Of a stretch of 32,000 nt of DNA, positions 8,207 through 16,156 are shown piece by piece. Each line of letters begins with the position of its first letter. The stretch's first letter is position 1. The notes below the pieces were generated by a model that saw only the letters and a list, made by a program, of their open reading frames with translations, did no database searches and was not told where the DNA came from. Made by a program: the position numbers and the translations under genes. The stretch comes from Pseudomonas aeruginosa (lineage in GTDB: Bacteria; Pseudomonadota; Gammaproteobacteria; Pseudomonadales; Pseudomonadaceae): assembly GCF_001457615.1 (NCBI RefSeq), contig NZ_LN831024.1, positions 5,250,001-5,282,000 on the forward strand, read 5' to 3'.

Positions 8207-9150
8207 GCCGCCACTCCACGTCCGCCTGCCTGCTCGGCTTCGCTACGCTCTGCGCCAGCCCGTTGCTGCTCGCCGCCTGCACCACCAGCTCCGGCACCGG
8301 CAATTTCGGCAGCCTGAGCTCGTTCACCGTGGCCAGCACCGCCCAGACCATCACCGGCACCACCGGCTTCAAGTGCACCGGCAGCCTGTTGTCGATCCTC
8401 AGCACCAACACCATCGACGCGACCATCGCCAGCACCGCCAATCCGCTGGGCACCACGCCGCGGCTGTACAACGCCGCCAGCGGCACCTACCTGCCCTACA
8501 GTATCTGCAAGGACAACGGCTGCGGCACCGTCTACAACGTCGGCTCGACGGTACGCTGGAGCAGCACCACCTTCCTCGGCATCCTCGGCCTGTTCAACGC
8601 CACCGACGGCAGCCTGCCGCTGTACCTGCGCACCGCCACCGGGGTGACCCTGCCGGCCGGCACCTATACCGATACCATCGGCCTGAACTGGGCCTGGCAC
8701 CTGTGCGCGGCGGGCATCGGCCCAGTCTGCGTATACGACGACGGCACCGCCAGCAGCAGCGTCAACGTTACCCTGACGGTGCTCAAGGACTGCTTCATCG
8801 ACAGCGCTCCGGACCTCAGCTTCGGCAGCGCCGCGCTGGTCTCGGCCTTCACCGCGGTGAACCAGAACATTGGCGTGCGCTGCACCCTGAACGCCACCTA
8901 TACCATCGGCTTCGACAACGGCAACAACTTCAGCGGCGGCTGGCGGCGAATGCTCAGCGGCGCCAACGCGATCCAGTACAACCTCTACAAACCGGGAGAC
9001 TCGACGGTCTGGACCACCAGCAACACCCAGGCAGGCACCGGTAGCGGCGCCGCGCAGAACGTGCCGTACCGGGCCATCGTCAACCCGGCCCAGGGCAACG
9101 TCCCCGCCGGTACCTACAGCGATACCGTGCGGGTCATCCTCACCTACTGA
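8203..9150 (+). CDS. cupE6: Two-domain fimbrial tip adhesin (CsuE-like), C-terminal SCPU pilin domain
   Basis: ATG at 8203 overlaps the usher stop (ATGA). The SCPU terminal motif occurs twice: internally as GTYTDTIGLNWAW (about 8653-8697) and at the C-terminus as GTYSDTVRVILTY. The track ORF 7654..9150 is an in-frame upstream extension inside cupE5. Confidence 0.85.
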   Translation: MSRHSTSACLLGFATLCASPLLLAACTTSSGTGNFGSLSSFTVASTAQTITGTTGFKCTGSLLSILSTNTIDATIASTANPLGTTPRLYNAASGTYLPYSICKDNGCGTVYNVGSTVRWSSTTFLGILGLFNATDGSLPLYLRTATGVTLPAGTYTDTIGLNWAWHLCAAGIGPVCVYDDGTASSSVNVTLTVLKDCFIDSAPDLSFGSAALVSAFTAVNQNIGVRCTLNATYTIGFDNGNNFSGGWRRMLSGANAIQYNLYKPGDSTVWTTSNTQAGTGSGAAQNVPYRAIVNPAQGNVPAGTYSDTVRVILTY

Positions 9151-9151
9151 G

Positions 9152-10525
9152 TCAGGCCGGCTGCCGGGACGCCTTCCAATCCTCGCCGCCCTCGCCTTCC
9201 CGTCGCAGGCTCCAGTCCTTCAGGTGCTCCAGGCTGGCGCGATAGGGCTTGAGGCCGATCCCCAGCAGGACCACCGCACCAAGCACCGCGGCCAGGGTCA
9301 CCAGCAGCAGCGAGTAGCGCAGCGCCATGTCGTCGGCGAAGACGAAATCGGTGACCAACGCCACCGCCGTCGGGCCCACGCCGAGACCGAACAGGGTGAC
9401 CACGAACAGGTAGATCGCCGAGGCCTGGCCGCGCATCGAGTTGGGCATGATCTCCTGGATCGCCGCCGGGGCCACGCCGAACGGCATGCTCAGGAAGAAC
9501 ACCGTCGGCGCCATCAGCGCCGCCGCCCAATTGGCGTTGTCCAGCAGCGGATAGACCAGGGTGAAGGGAATCACCGCCCAGGCGGCGAGCAGCCCGACGC
9601 GCATGTTCGCGTCGCTGCGCCCGCGCTTCGCCCAGTAGTCGGCCAGACGCCCGCCGAAGACGATGCCGAGACAGCCGAACACCGCGACGATGCTGCCGTA
9701 GACCACCCCGACATGACCGGCGTCCCAGCCGTGGGTGCGGACGAAGAAGGTCGGCACCCAGGCGCCGCTGCCGTAGCCGGCGAAGGACAGGCAGGCGAAA
9801 CCGAAGTTGTGGCAGAGCACGGTCTTGCGGTTGGCCCGCAGGTAGGCGCCGACCTCGCCCAGCGGCACCGCCACGCCTGCGCCGACTCCGCGCCGGGCCG
9901 GCTCGCGGATAGCCAGCAGCAACAGGCAGAAGAGCACGCCGGCGGCGCCGAGGATGAGGAAGATCAGTTGCCACGGGCGCACCTCGCCGAACAGCGGCAG
10001 ATGCACGTCGCCCTGGGCCGAGGCGAACTTGATCACCAGCCCGCCGAGCAGGAAGGCCAGCCCCGAGCCCAGGTAGATGCCCATCGAGTAGACGCTGATC
10101 GCCGTCGCCCGACGCTCGCGCGGGAAGCTGTCGGCGATCAGCGAATAGGCCGCTGGCGACAGCGCCGCCTCGCCGACCCCGACGCCGACCCGGAAGGTGA
10201 GGAATTGCCAATAGCTGCGCGCCAGACCGCAGGCCGCGGTCATCGCGCTCCACACCAGCACGCCGAACAGGATCAGGCCGCGCCGGCTGCGGTTGTCGGC
10301 CATGCGTCCGAGCGGGATACCGCAAAGGGTGTAGAACAGGGCGAAGGACAAGCCCATCAGCAGGCTCATTTCCGTATCGCTGATGGCCAGGTCGCGGCGG
10401 ATCGGGCCGACCAGCAGGTTGAGGATCTGCCGGTCGATGAAGGACAGCACATAGGCGACCATGAGGATCGCCACCGTGGTCCAGGCCGCAAGGTTGGAGG
10501 GATAGCCGTTATTGTTGTTATGCAT
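9152..10525 (-). CDS. MFS transporter
   Basis: ORF 9152..10597(-). ATG at 10525 (MHNNNNGYPSNLAAW...) follows AGGAG. There are multiple hydrophobic segments and the MFS-like motif GIPLGRMADNRSRRG between TM2 and TM3. Confidence 0.88.
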   Translation of the reverse strand: MHNNNNGYPSNLAAWTTVAILMVAYVLSFIDRQILNLLVGPIRRDLAISDTEMSLLMGLSFALFYTLCGIPLGRMADNRSRRGLILFGVLVWSAMTAACGLARSYWQFLTFRVGVGVGEAALSPAAYSLIADSFPRERRATAISVYSMGIYLGSGLAFLLGGLVIKFASAQGDVHLPLFGEVRPWQLIFLILGAAGVLFCLLLLAIREPARRGVGAGVAVPLGEVGAYLRANRKTVLCHNFGFACLSFAGYGSGAWVPTFFVRTHGWDAGHVGVVYGSIVAVFGCLGIVFGGRLADYWAKRGRSDANMRVGLLAAWAVIPFTLVYPLLDNANWAAALMAPTVFFLSMPFGVAPAAIQEIMPNSMRGQASAIYLFVVTLFGLGVGPTAVALVTDFVFADDMALRYSLLLVTLAAVLGAVVLLGIGLKPYRASLEHLKDWSLRREGEGGEDWKASRQPA

Positions 10526-10804
10526 GCCGAACTCCTGGACGCCGCCGAAGCGGCGGATGCGAAGGGAGGGTCGACAGGCAGGATAAGCCGGCAACATCCG
10601 GGCTTATACCCAGGGCAAGGGACTATAGAACTGCTGAATGCGGGAAGCGGGTTCCGGCGAATGACCGCCAGGTCATTCGCCGCCGCATGCGCTCAGAGCC
10701 TGTCCAGCATCTCGCGAGCTGGGCGGGGAAGCGGAGCTGACGAGCGGCAAATGAGCACTTCAAAGCCGTCATACCGCGCCGCGCAGCGGATCATGAACAG
10801 GCTC

Positions 10805-11827
10805 TCAGAGCGGCCTGGCCAAGCGCCCGCTCATCTCGGCCAGGGCGCCGACCCAGGCGGGGTGGTCGTTGAGGCAGGGAATCAGCACCAGGTCCTCGCC
10901 GCCGGCACTGATGAACTGCTCGCGGCCGCGCATGCCGATTTCCTCCAGGGTCTCGATGCAGTCGGCAACGAACGCCGGACACATCACCAGCAGGCGCTTC
11001 ACCCCGCGCTGCACCAGTTCGTCGAGCTTGGCGTCGGTATAGGGCTCGATCCACTTGGCGCGCCCCAGGCGCGACTGGAACGACACCGACCAGCGCCCCT
11101 GCTCCAGGCCGGCGCGCTCGGCGAAGGCCTCGGCGGTGCGCAGGCACTGGCTGCGGTAGCAGAGGGCGAGGGCTTCGGGGCTGACGTTGCGGCTGTTCTC
11201 GGCCAGCAGGTCGTGGGCAGGATCCTTCACCAGCTTGCGGATGTGCCGCTCGGGCAAGCCATGGAAGCTCAGCAACAGATGGTCGTGGGGCTGCTGCAGG
11301 TACGGACGCACGCTTTCCACCAGGGCATCGAGGTAGACCGGCTGGTCGTAGAACGGCGGCAGCGTGCTGACCTCCAGGCCCAGGCGATGGGCGGCGATCA
11401 CCCGGCGCACCTCCTGTTCGGCGGTGGTCGTGGTGCTGTCGGCGAACTGCGGATACAGCGGCGCCAGGGTCACCCGCCGGATACCACGGCGCGCCAGGTC
11501 GAGCAGGACCTTCTCGATGGCCGGCTGGCCGTAGCGCATCGCCAGTTCCACCGGCCCATGCGGCCAGTGCGGCTTCATCGCCTCCTGCAGGCGACGACTG
11601 AGGACGATCAGTGGCGACCCTTCGTCCCACCAGATCGAGCTGTAGGCGTGCGCCGATTCGGCCGGACGCTTGATCAGGATCAGCGACACCAGCAGGCGCC
11701 GCAGCGGCCAGGGCAGGTCGACCACGTAGGGATCCATGAGGAACTGGTCGAGATAGCGGCGGACATCCTCCACCCGGGTCGAATCCGGGGAGCCCAGGTT
11801 GAGCAACAGCAGGGCATTCTCGGTCAT
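10805..11827 (-). CDS. hemH: Ferrochelatase
   Basis: Internal ATG at 11827 gives [37 protein letters not shown]..., the canonical ferrochelatase N-terminus, and a 340-aa product. The longer track ORF to 12073 overlaps the upstream gene. Confidence 0.95.
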   Translation of the reverse strand: MTENALLLLNLGSPDSTRVEDVRRYLDQFLMDPYVVDLPWPLRRLLVSLILIKRPAESAHAYSSIWWDEGSPLIVLSRRLQEAMKPHWPHGPVELAMRYGQPAIEKVLLDLARRGIRRVTLAPLYPQFADSTTTTAEQEVRRVIAAHRLGLEVSTLPPFYDQPVYLDALVESVRPYLQQPHDHLLLSFHGLPERHIRKLVKDPAHDLLAENSRNVSPEALALCYRSQCLRTAEAFAERAGLEQGRWSVSFQSRLGRAKWIEPYTDAKLDELVQRGVKRLLVMCPAFVADCIETLEEIGMRGREQFISAGGEDLVLIPCLNDHPAWVGALAEMSGRLARPL

Positions 11828-12741
11828 GCCTGATCCTTTCGTCGGGCGTCCAGGACATCGGCCAGCGCCACGTCCAGGTCGGTGAATTGAAAACGGTAGC
11901 CGGCGTCCTGCAAGCGTTGCGGCAAGGCTCGCTGGCCGCCGAGCAGCAATCCGGACATTTCTCCCAGCCCGAGGCGCAGGACGAACCCGGGGGTCGGTAT
12001 CCGCGCCGGCTTGTGCAGCGCCCGGCCCAGGGCCTTGGCGAAATCGCGGTTGCGCACCGGGTTGGGAGCGCACGCATTATAGGGACCGCTGGCATCGGGC
12101 CGCCGCAAAAGAAAATCGATCAGCTCGATTTGATCCTCGATATGAATCCACGGCATCCATTGCCGGCCGTCACCCAGCGGTCCGCCCAGGCCGAGCCGGT
12201 AGAGCGGCAACAGGCGCCCGAGGAAGCCGCCCTCGGGGGCCAGCACCAGGCCGGTGCGCAACAGCACGACACGGGTGCCGAGCTTCTCCGCCTCGCGGGC
12301 GATCTGCTCCCAGGCGAGGCATAGCTCGCTGGCGAAATCCTCGCCGGCCGCCGCCCCCTCCTCGGTCACCGGGCGCTCGCCGCTGTCGCCATACCAACCC
12401 ACCGCAGAACCCGATAACAGAAGGTCCGGGCGCTGCTCGCGAGCGTCCAGCCATTCCACCAGGCGCTCGGTAAGGCGTACCCGGCTTTCCCACAGCAGCG
12501 CCTTGCGCTTGTGACTCCAGGGTTTGTCCGCGATCGGCTCGCCGGCCAGGTTGACCACCGCGTCGAGCGGCTGGTCGCCGTACTCGTCGAAACGATCGAT
12601 GCCGCGCACGCCGACGCCGCACAGCGATTCCACCTGCTGCGGCCGCCGGCTGAACACGGTCAGCCGGTGCCCGGCCTGTCGCCAGCGGGCGCACAGGCGG
12701 CGCCCCATCAGGCCGGTACCGCCGGTCAAGAGAATGTGCAT
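11824..12741 (-). CDS. NAD-dependent epimerase/dehydratase-like SDR (SDR39U1/TIGR01777-type, DUF1731 C-terminus)
   Basis: ATG at 12741 ([16 protein letters not shown], a Rossmann GxxGxxG motif) follows GAGGAGA. Its stop overlaps the hemH start (ATGA at 11824-11827). Confidence 0.85.
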   Translation of the reverse strand: MHILLTGGTGLMGRRLCARWRQAGHRLTVFSRRPQQVESLCGVGVRGIDRFDEYGDQPLDAVVNLAGEPIADKPWSHKRKALLWESRVRLTERLVEWLDAREQRPDLLLSGSAVGWYGDSGERPVTEEGAAAGEDFASELCLAWEQIAREAEKLGTRVVLLRTGLVLAPEGGFLGRLLPLYRLGLGGPLGDGRQWMPWIHIEDQIELIDFLLRRPDASGPYNACAPNPVRNRDFAKALGRALHKPARIPTPGFVLRLGLGEMSGLLLGGQRALPQRLQDAGYRFQFTDLDVALADVLDARRKDQA

Positions 12742-13081
12742 GGCTGTCTCCTCGTTTTGCCTGCGTGCCCTTTCAGTCTGGACCCTGGACATCGATCTGC
12801 CCGATGACCGTGCATCCTTCCCCCATTCCGGCGTTATCCTGTGGATGGAAGATCCGTCGGCTCCGGCCGGGGAACCCTGGCGTCGTTTTCGACTCAGCCA
12901 AGGAACAGGGCTTGCATCGCACTGGTGCCTTAGTGAACGGCGCCAGCCGTCTATTCTTCAGATAACTCGGTTGATACTTCCGAACGGAACGTCTGAAGGT
13001 TCGACAGGCCAGGAAGCGAGCCGTGCGCCGCAGGCGCGCCATCGGCGCGATGCAAGGTGCGCCTCGAAGCACGCGCAATAC

Positions 13082-13105
13082 TGTACATTAAATCAAGCTT
13101 GTACA
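13082..13105. promoter_or_regulatory. Candidate operator TGTACA-N12-TGTACA upstream of the FAD oxidoreductase gene
   Basis: The sequence cTGTACAttaaatcaagctTGTACAaga was read directly. It lies 50 bp upstream of ATG 13155, in the divergent intergenic region. It has the same architecture, and the same 3' extension TGTACAAGA, as the site at 14185-14208. Confidence 0.55.
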
Positions 13106-13115
13106 AGAAACCTGA

Positions 13116-14138
<1,023 letters not shown>

Positions 14139-14142
14139 GGGG

Positions 14143-14168
14143 ATCGGGCCGTCGCCTGGCGGCCCGAT
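14143..14168 (+). terminator. GC-rich hairpin downstream of the oxidoreductase gene (no U-tract)
   Basis: ATCGGGCCG-tcgcctgg-CGGCCCGAT is a 9-bp perfect stem starting 5 nt after the stop. It is followed by gtgacaagaaaa rather than a T run, so it is a terminator or RNA-stabilising hairpin of uncertain efficiency. Confidence 0.4.
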
Positions 14169-14184
14169 GTGACAAGAAAATACC

Positions 14185-14225
14185 TATACAAATACATTGA
14201 CCTGTACAAGATAAGTTCTAGGATG
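14185..14225 (+). promoter_or_regulatory. Candidate operator TATACA-N12-TGTACA overlapping a sigma70-like promoter (-35 TTGACC 14197-14202, 16-bp spacer, -10 TAGGAT 14219-14224)
   Basis: The sequence cTATACAaatacattgaccTGTACAagataagttcTAGGATg was read directly. The two half-sites flank the -35 hexamer, which fills the last six positions of the N12 spacer. It lies about 85 bp upstream of ATG 14291. Confidence 0.5.
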
Positions 14226-14290
14226 TGTCGTATGACCGCCTGGCTGTCGAGCTGCGCGCGAACCTCCTTTCCCCTCGGGAGACGACACCG

Positions 14291-15247
14291 ATGCACGAAT
14301 CTCACCCTTCCCTGACGCCCCGACTCGGCATCAGCGCCTGCCTGCTCGGCGAACCGGTGCGCTTCAACGGCGGCCACAAGCGATCCGCGCTTTGCGAGGA
14401 ACTGGCGCGACACGTCGAGTTCGTCTCCTTCTGCCCGGAACAGGCCATCGGCCTGGGCACGCCGCGCCCGGCGATTCGCCTGGAAGGCACTCCGGAAGCC
14501 GCCGAGGCGCGGAGCCGCGACGGCCTGGCGGTCGGCGGAGCGCTCGCCGAATATGCGCGGCGGGTGGCGCAACGGGCGGATACGCTGGACGGTTTCATCT
14601 TCATGCAACGCTCGCCGTCCTGCGGGCTGCAACGGGTCAAGGTCTATCCAGAAGGCGGCGGCGCGCCGCGCGCCGAAGGCCGTGGACGCTTCGCCGCAGC
14701 CCTTTGCGAAGCCTTGCCGGAGCTACCGGTGGAAGAAGAAGGCCGGCTGCACGATCCGGTCCTGCGGGAGAACTTCCTCACCCGCGTGTATGCCCATGCC
14801 CACTGGCAGGCCCTGCGCCAGCGCGGCCTCAGCCATTCGGCCATCGTCGCCTTCCATAGCCGCTACAAGTACCAGTTGCTGGCCCATTCGCCGGAGCACT
14901 ACCGCAGCCTCGGCCGCCTGCTCGGCGAAGCCGGCCACTACCAGCCGGAAGCCCTCGGCACTCGCTACTTCGGCGAGCTGATGCAGGGCTTGCGCCGCTG
15001 CGCGACCCGCGGCAGCCATGGCAACGTGTTGCTGCACCTGAGCGGCTACCTGAAACGCGACCTCGCAACCGAAGACAGGCGTGAATTGCGCGAGCTGATC
15101 GAGCAATACCGGCATGGCAGCGTGCCGCTGGTGGTACCGCTGACCCTGCTAAAGCACCACTTCCGTCGCCACCCGCATGCATACATCGCCCAGCAGGCCT
15201 ACCTGCAACCGCACCCGACCGAACTCGGCCTGCGCAACGCGCTCTAG
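14291..15247 (+). CDS. YbgA-like protein (DUF523 + DUF1722)
   Basis: ATG at 14291 after GGGAGA (the track ORF starts at GTG 14225). The N-terminus is MHESHPSLTPRLGISACLLGEPVRFNGGHK and the C-terminal half is helical (YKYQLLAHSPEHYRSLGRL). From memory, ybgA sits immediately upstream of phr in E. coli; here a MerR gene lies between the two. Confidence 0.8.
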   Translation: MHESHPSLTPRLGISACLLGEPVRFNGGHKRSALCEELARHVEFVSFCPEQAIGLGTPRPAIRLEGTPEAAEARSRDGLAVGGALAEYARRVAQRADTLDGFIFMQRSPSCGLQRVKVYPEGGGAPRAEGRGRFAAALCEALPELPVEEEGRLHDPVLRENFLTRVYAHAHWQALRQRGLSHSAIVAFHSRYKYQLLAHSPEHYRSLGRLLGEAGHYQPEALGTRYFGELMQGLRRCATRGSHGNVLLHLSGYLKRDLATEDRRELRELIEQYRHGSVPLVVPLTLLKHHFRRHPHAYIAQQAYLQPHPTELGLRNAL

Positions 15248-15256
15248 GATTTCCCG

Positions 15257-16156
15257 ATGAACTCGCCCCACCTCGAACGCGGCGGCCTGCCGATCCGCGA
15301 AGTCACTCGTCTGACCGGCGTCCATCCGGTCACCCTGCGCGCCTGGGAGCGCCGCTATGGCCTGGTGGTGCCGCAACGCACCGGCAAGGGGCACCGGCTC
15401 TACAGCGAAGAGCAGGTCGAGCGCATCCGCCGGATACTCGTCTGGCTCGAGCGTGGCGTCGCCATCAGCCAGGTGCGCGCGCTGCTGGAGCGTCCGGAGG
15501 AAACCCCGGCGGCGGATGTCGAATCCCCCTGGGAACGCCTGCACGAACAGCTGCTGGACGCCATCGCCGCGCTGGCCGAGCGACGCCTCGACGATCTGTT
15601 CAACCAGGCCGCGTCGCTCTATCCGGTAGCGACCCTCTGCGAAAAGCTTCTGCAACCCTTGCTGCAGCACCTCGAACGACGCTGGCAGGGACAGTTCGGC
15701 GCGCGCATGGAGCGGGCCTTCTTCTTCTCCTGGTTGCGCAGCAAGCTGGGCGCCCGCCTTTATCACCAGCAACGGCTGCAACAGGGCGCGCCGCTGCTGC
15801 TGGTCAACCAGTCCGAGCTGTCGCTGGAACCGAACCTCTGGCTGTGCAGTTGGTTGCTCGGCAGCGGCGAGGTGCCGCTGCAGGTCTTCGACTGGCCGCT
15901 GCCACCGGCCGAACTGGCCCTGGCCTGCGAACGCCTGGAAGCTCGCGGCGTGTTGCTGTACGCCAGTCATCGCCTCAATCCGGAGCACCTGCCGCGCCTG
16001 CTGGCAGGGGTGAGCTGCCCGGTGGTGCTGGTCGGACCGGCCGTGGAGATCCAGCGCGAAGCCTTCGAAACCCTGGCGCTAACTGGCCTGCTGCTGGCGA
16101 GCACGCCCCTGGAAGCCCGCCGCCTGCTCGGCGAACGAGGTCTGTTGAACCCATGA
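15257..16156 (+). CDS. MerR-family transcriptional regulator with C-terminal B12-binding-like (LitR/CarH-like) domain lacking the His ligand
   Basis: The N-terminal MerR HTH is LPIREVTRLTGVHPVTLRAWERRYGLVVPQRTGKGHRLYSEEQV. The C-terminal roughly 130 aa (PLLLVNQSELSLEPNLWLCSWLLGSG...VLLYASHRL...CPVVLVGPAV) resembles a flavodoxin-like B12-binding fold, but I see no DxHxxG motif. Confidence 0.8.
   Translation: MNSPHLERGGLPIREVTRLTGVHPVTLRAWERRYGLVVPQRTGKGHRLYSEEQVERIRRILVWLERGVAISQVRALLERPEETPAADVESPWERLHEQLLDAIAALAERRLDDLFNQAASLYPVATLCEKLLQPLLQHLERRWQGQFGARMERAFFFSWLRSKLGARLYHQQRLQQGAPLLLVNQSELSLEPNLWLCSWLLGSGEVPLQVFDWPLPPAELALACERLEARGVLLYASHRLNPEHLPRLLAGVSCPVVLVGPAVEIQREAFETLALTGLLLASTPLEARRLLGERGLLNP

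Noticed and set aside
8203-8283. Lipobox-like LLLAAC (Cys26) in the CupE6 signal region, which would make the tip adhesin a lipoprotein.
   Set aside because: All SCPU subunits here have a conserved Cys near the mature N-terminus paired with a later ..x-C-x-x-G.. Cys, which in CupE6 is GFKCTG. Cys26 is therefore more likely the structural disulfide partner after SPase I cleavage at LAA|C. A lipid-anchored subunit would be incompatible with usher-mediated secretion. This could still be checked with SignalP/LipoP.
12765-13078. ORFs in the long spacer (12765..12965 +, 66 aa; 12773..13078 -, 101 aa) as possible small proteins.
   Set aside because: Neither has a Shine-Dalgarno or recognisable motifs. 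They overlap each other on opposite strands. The composition is not gene-like enough to call without conservation or ribosome-profiling data.
12742-13081. Possible cobalamin riboswitch or sigma54 promoter in the SDR-hemH upstream spacer. I looked for these because of the B12-like regulator nearby, and because of fragments such as GCACTGGTGCC, GGGAAGG and TGGCGT-N-TTTCG.
   Set aside because: I could not assemble a B12 box (GCCACTG context) with the flanking conserved helices. The TGGC...TTCG element does not have the GG-N10-GC spacing of -24/-12 promoters. Only a covariance-model scan could revive this idea.
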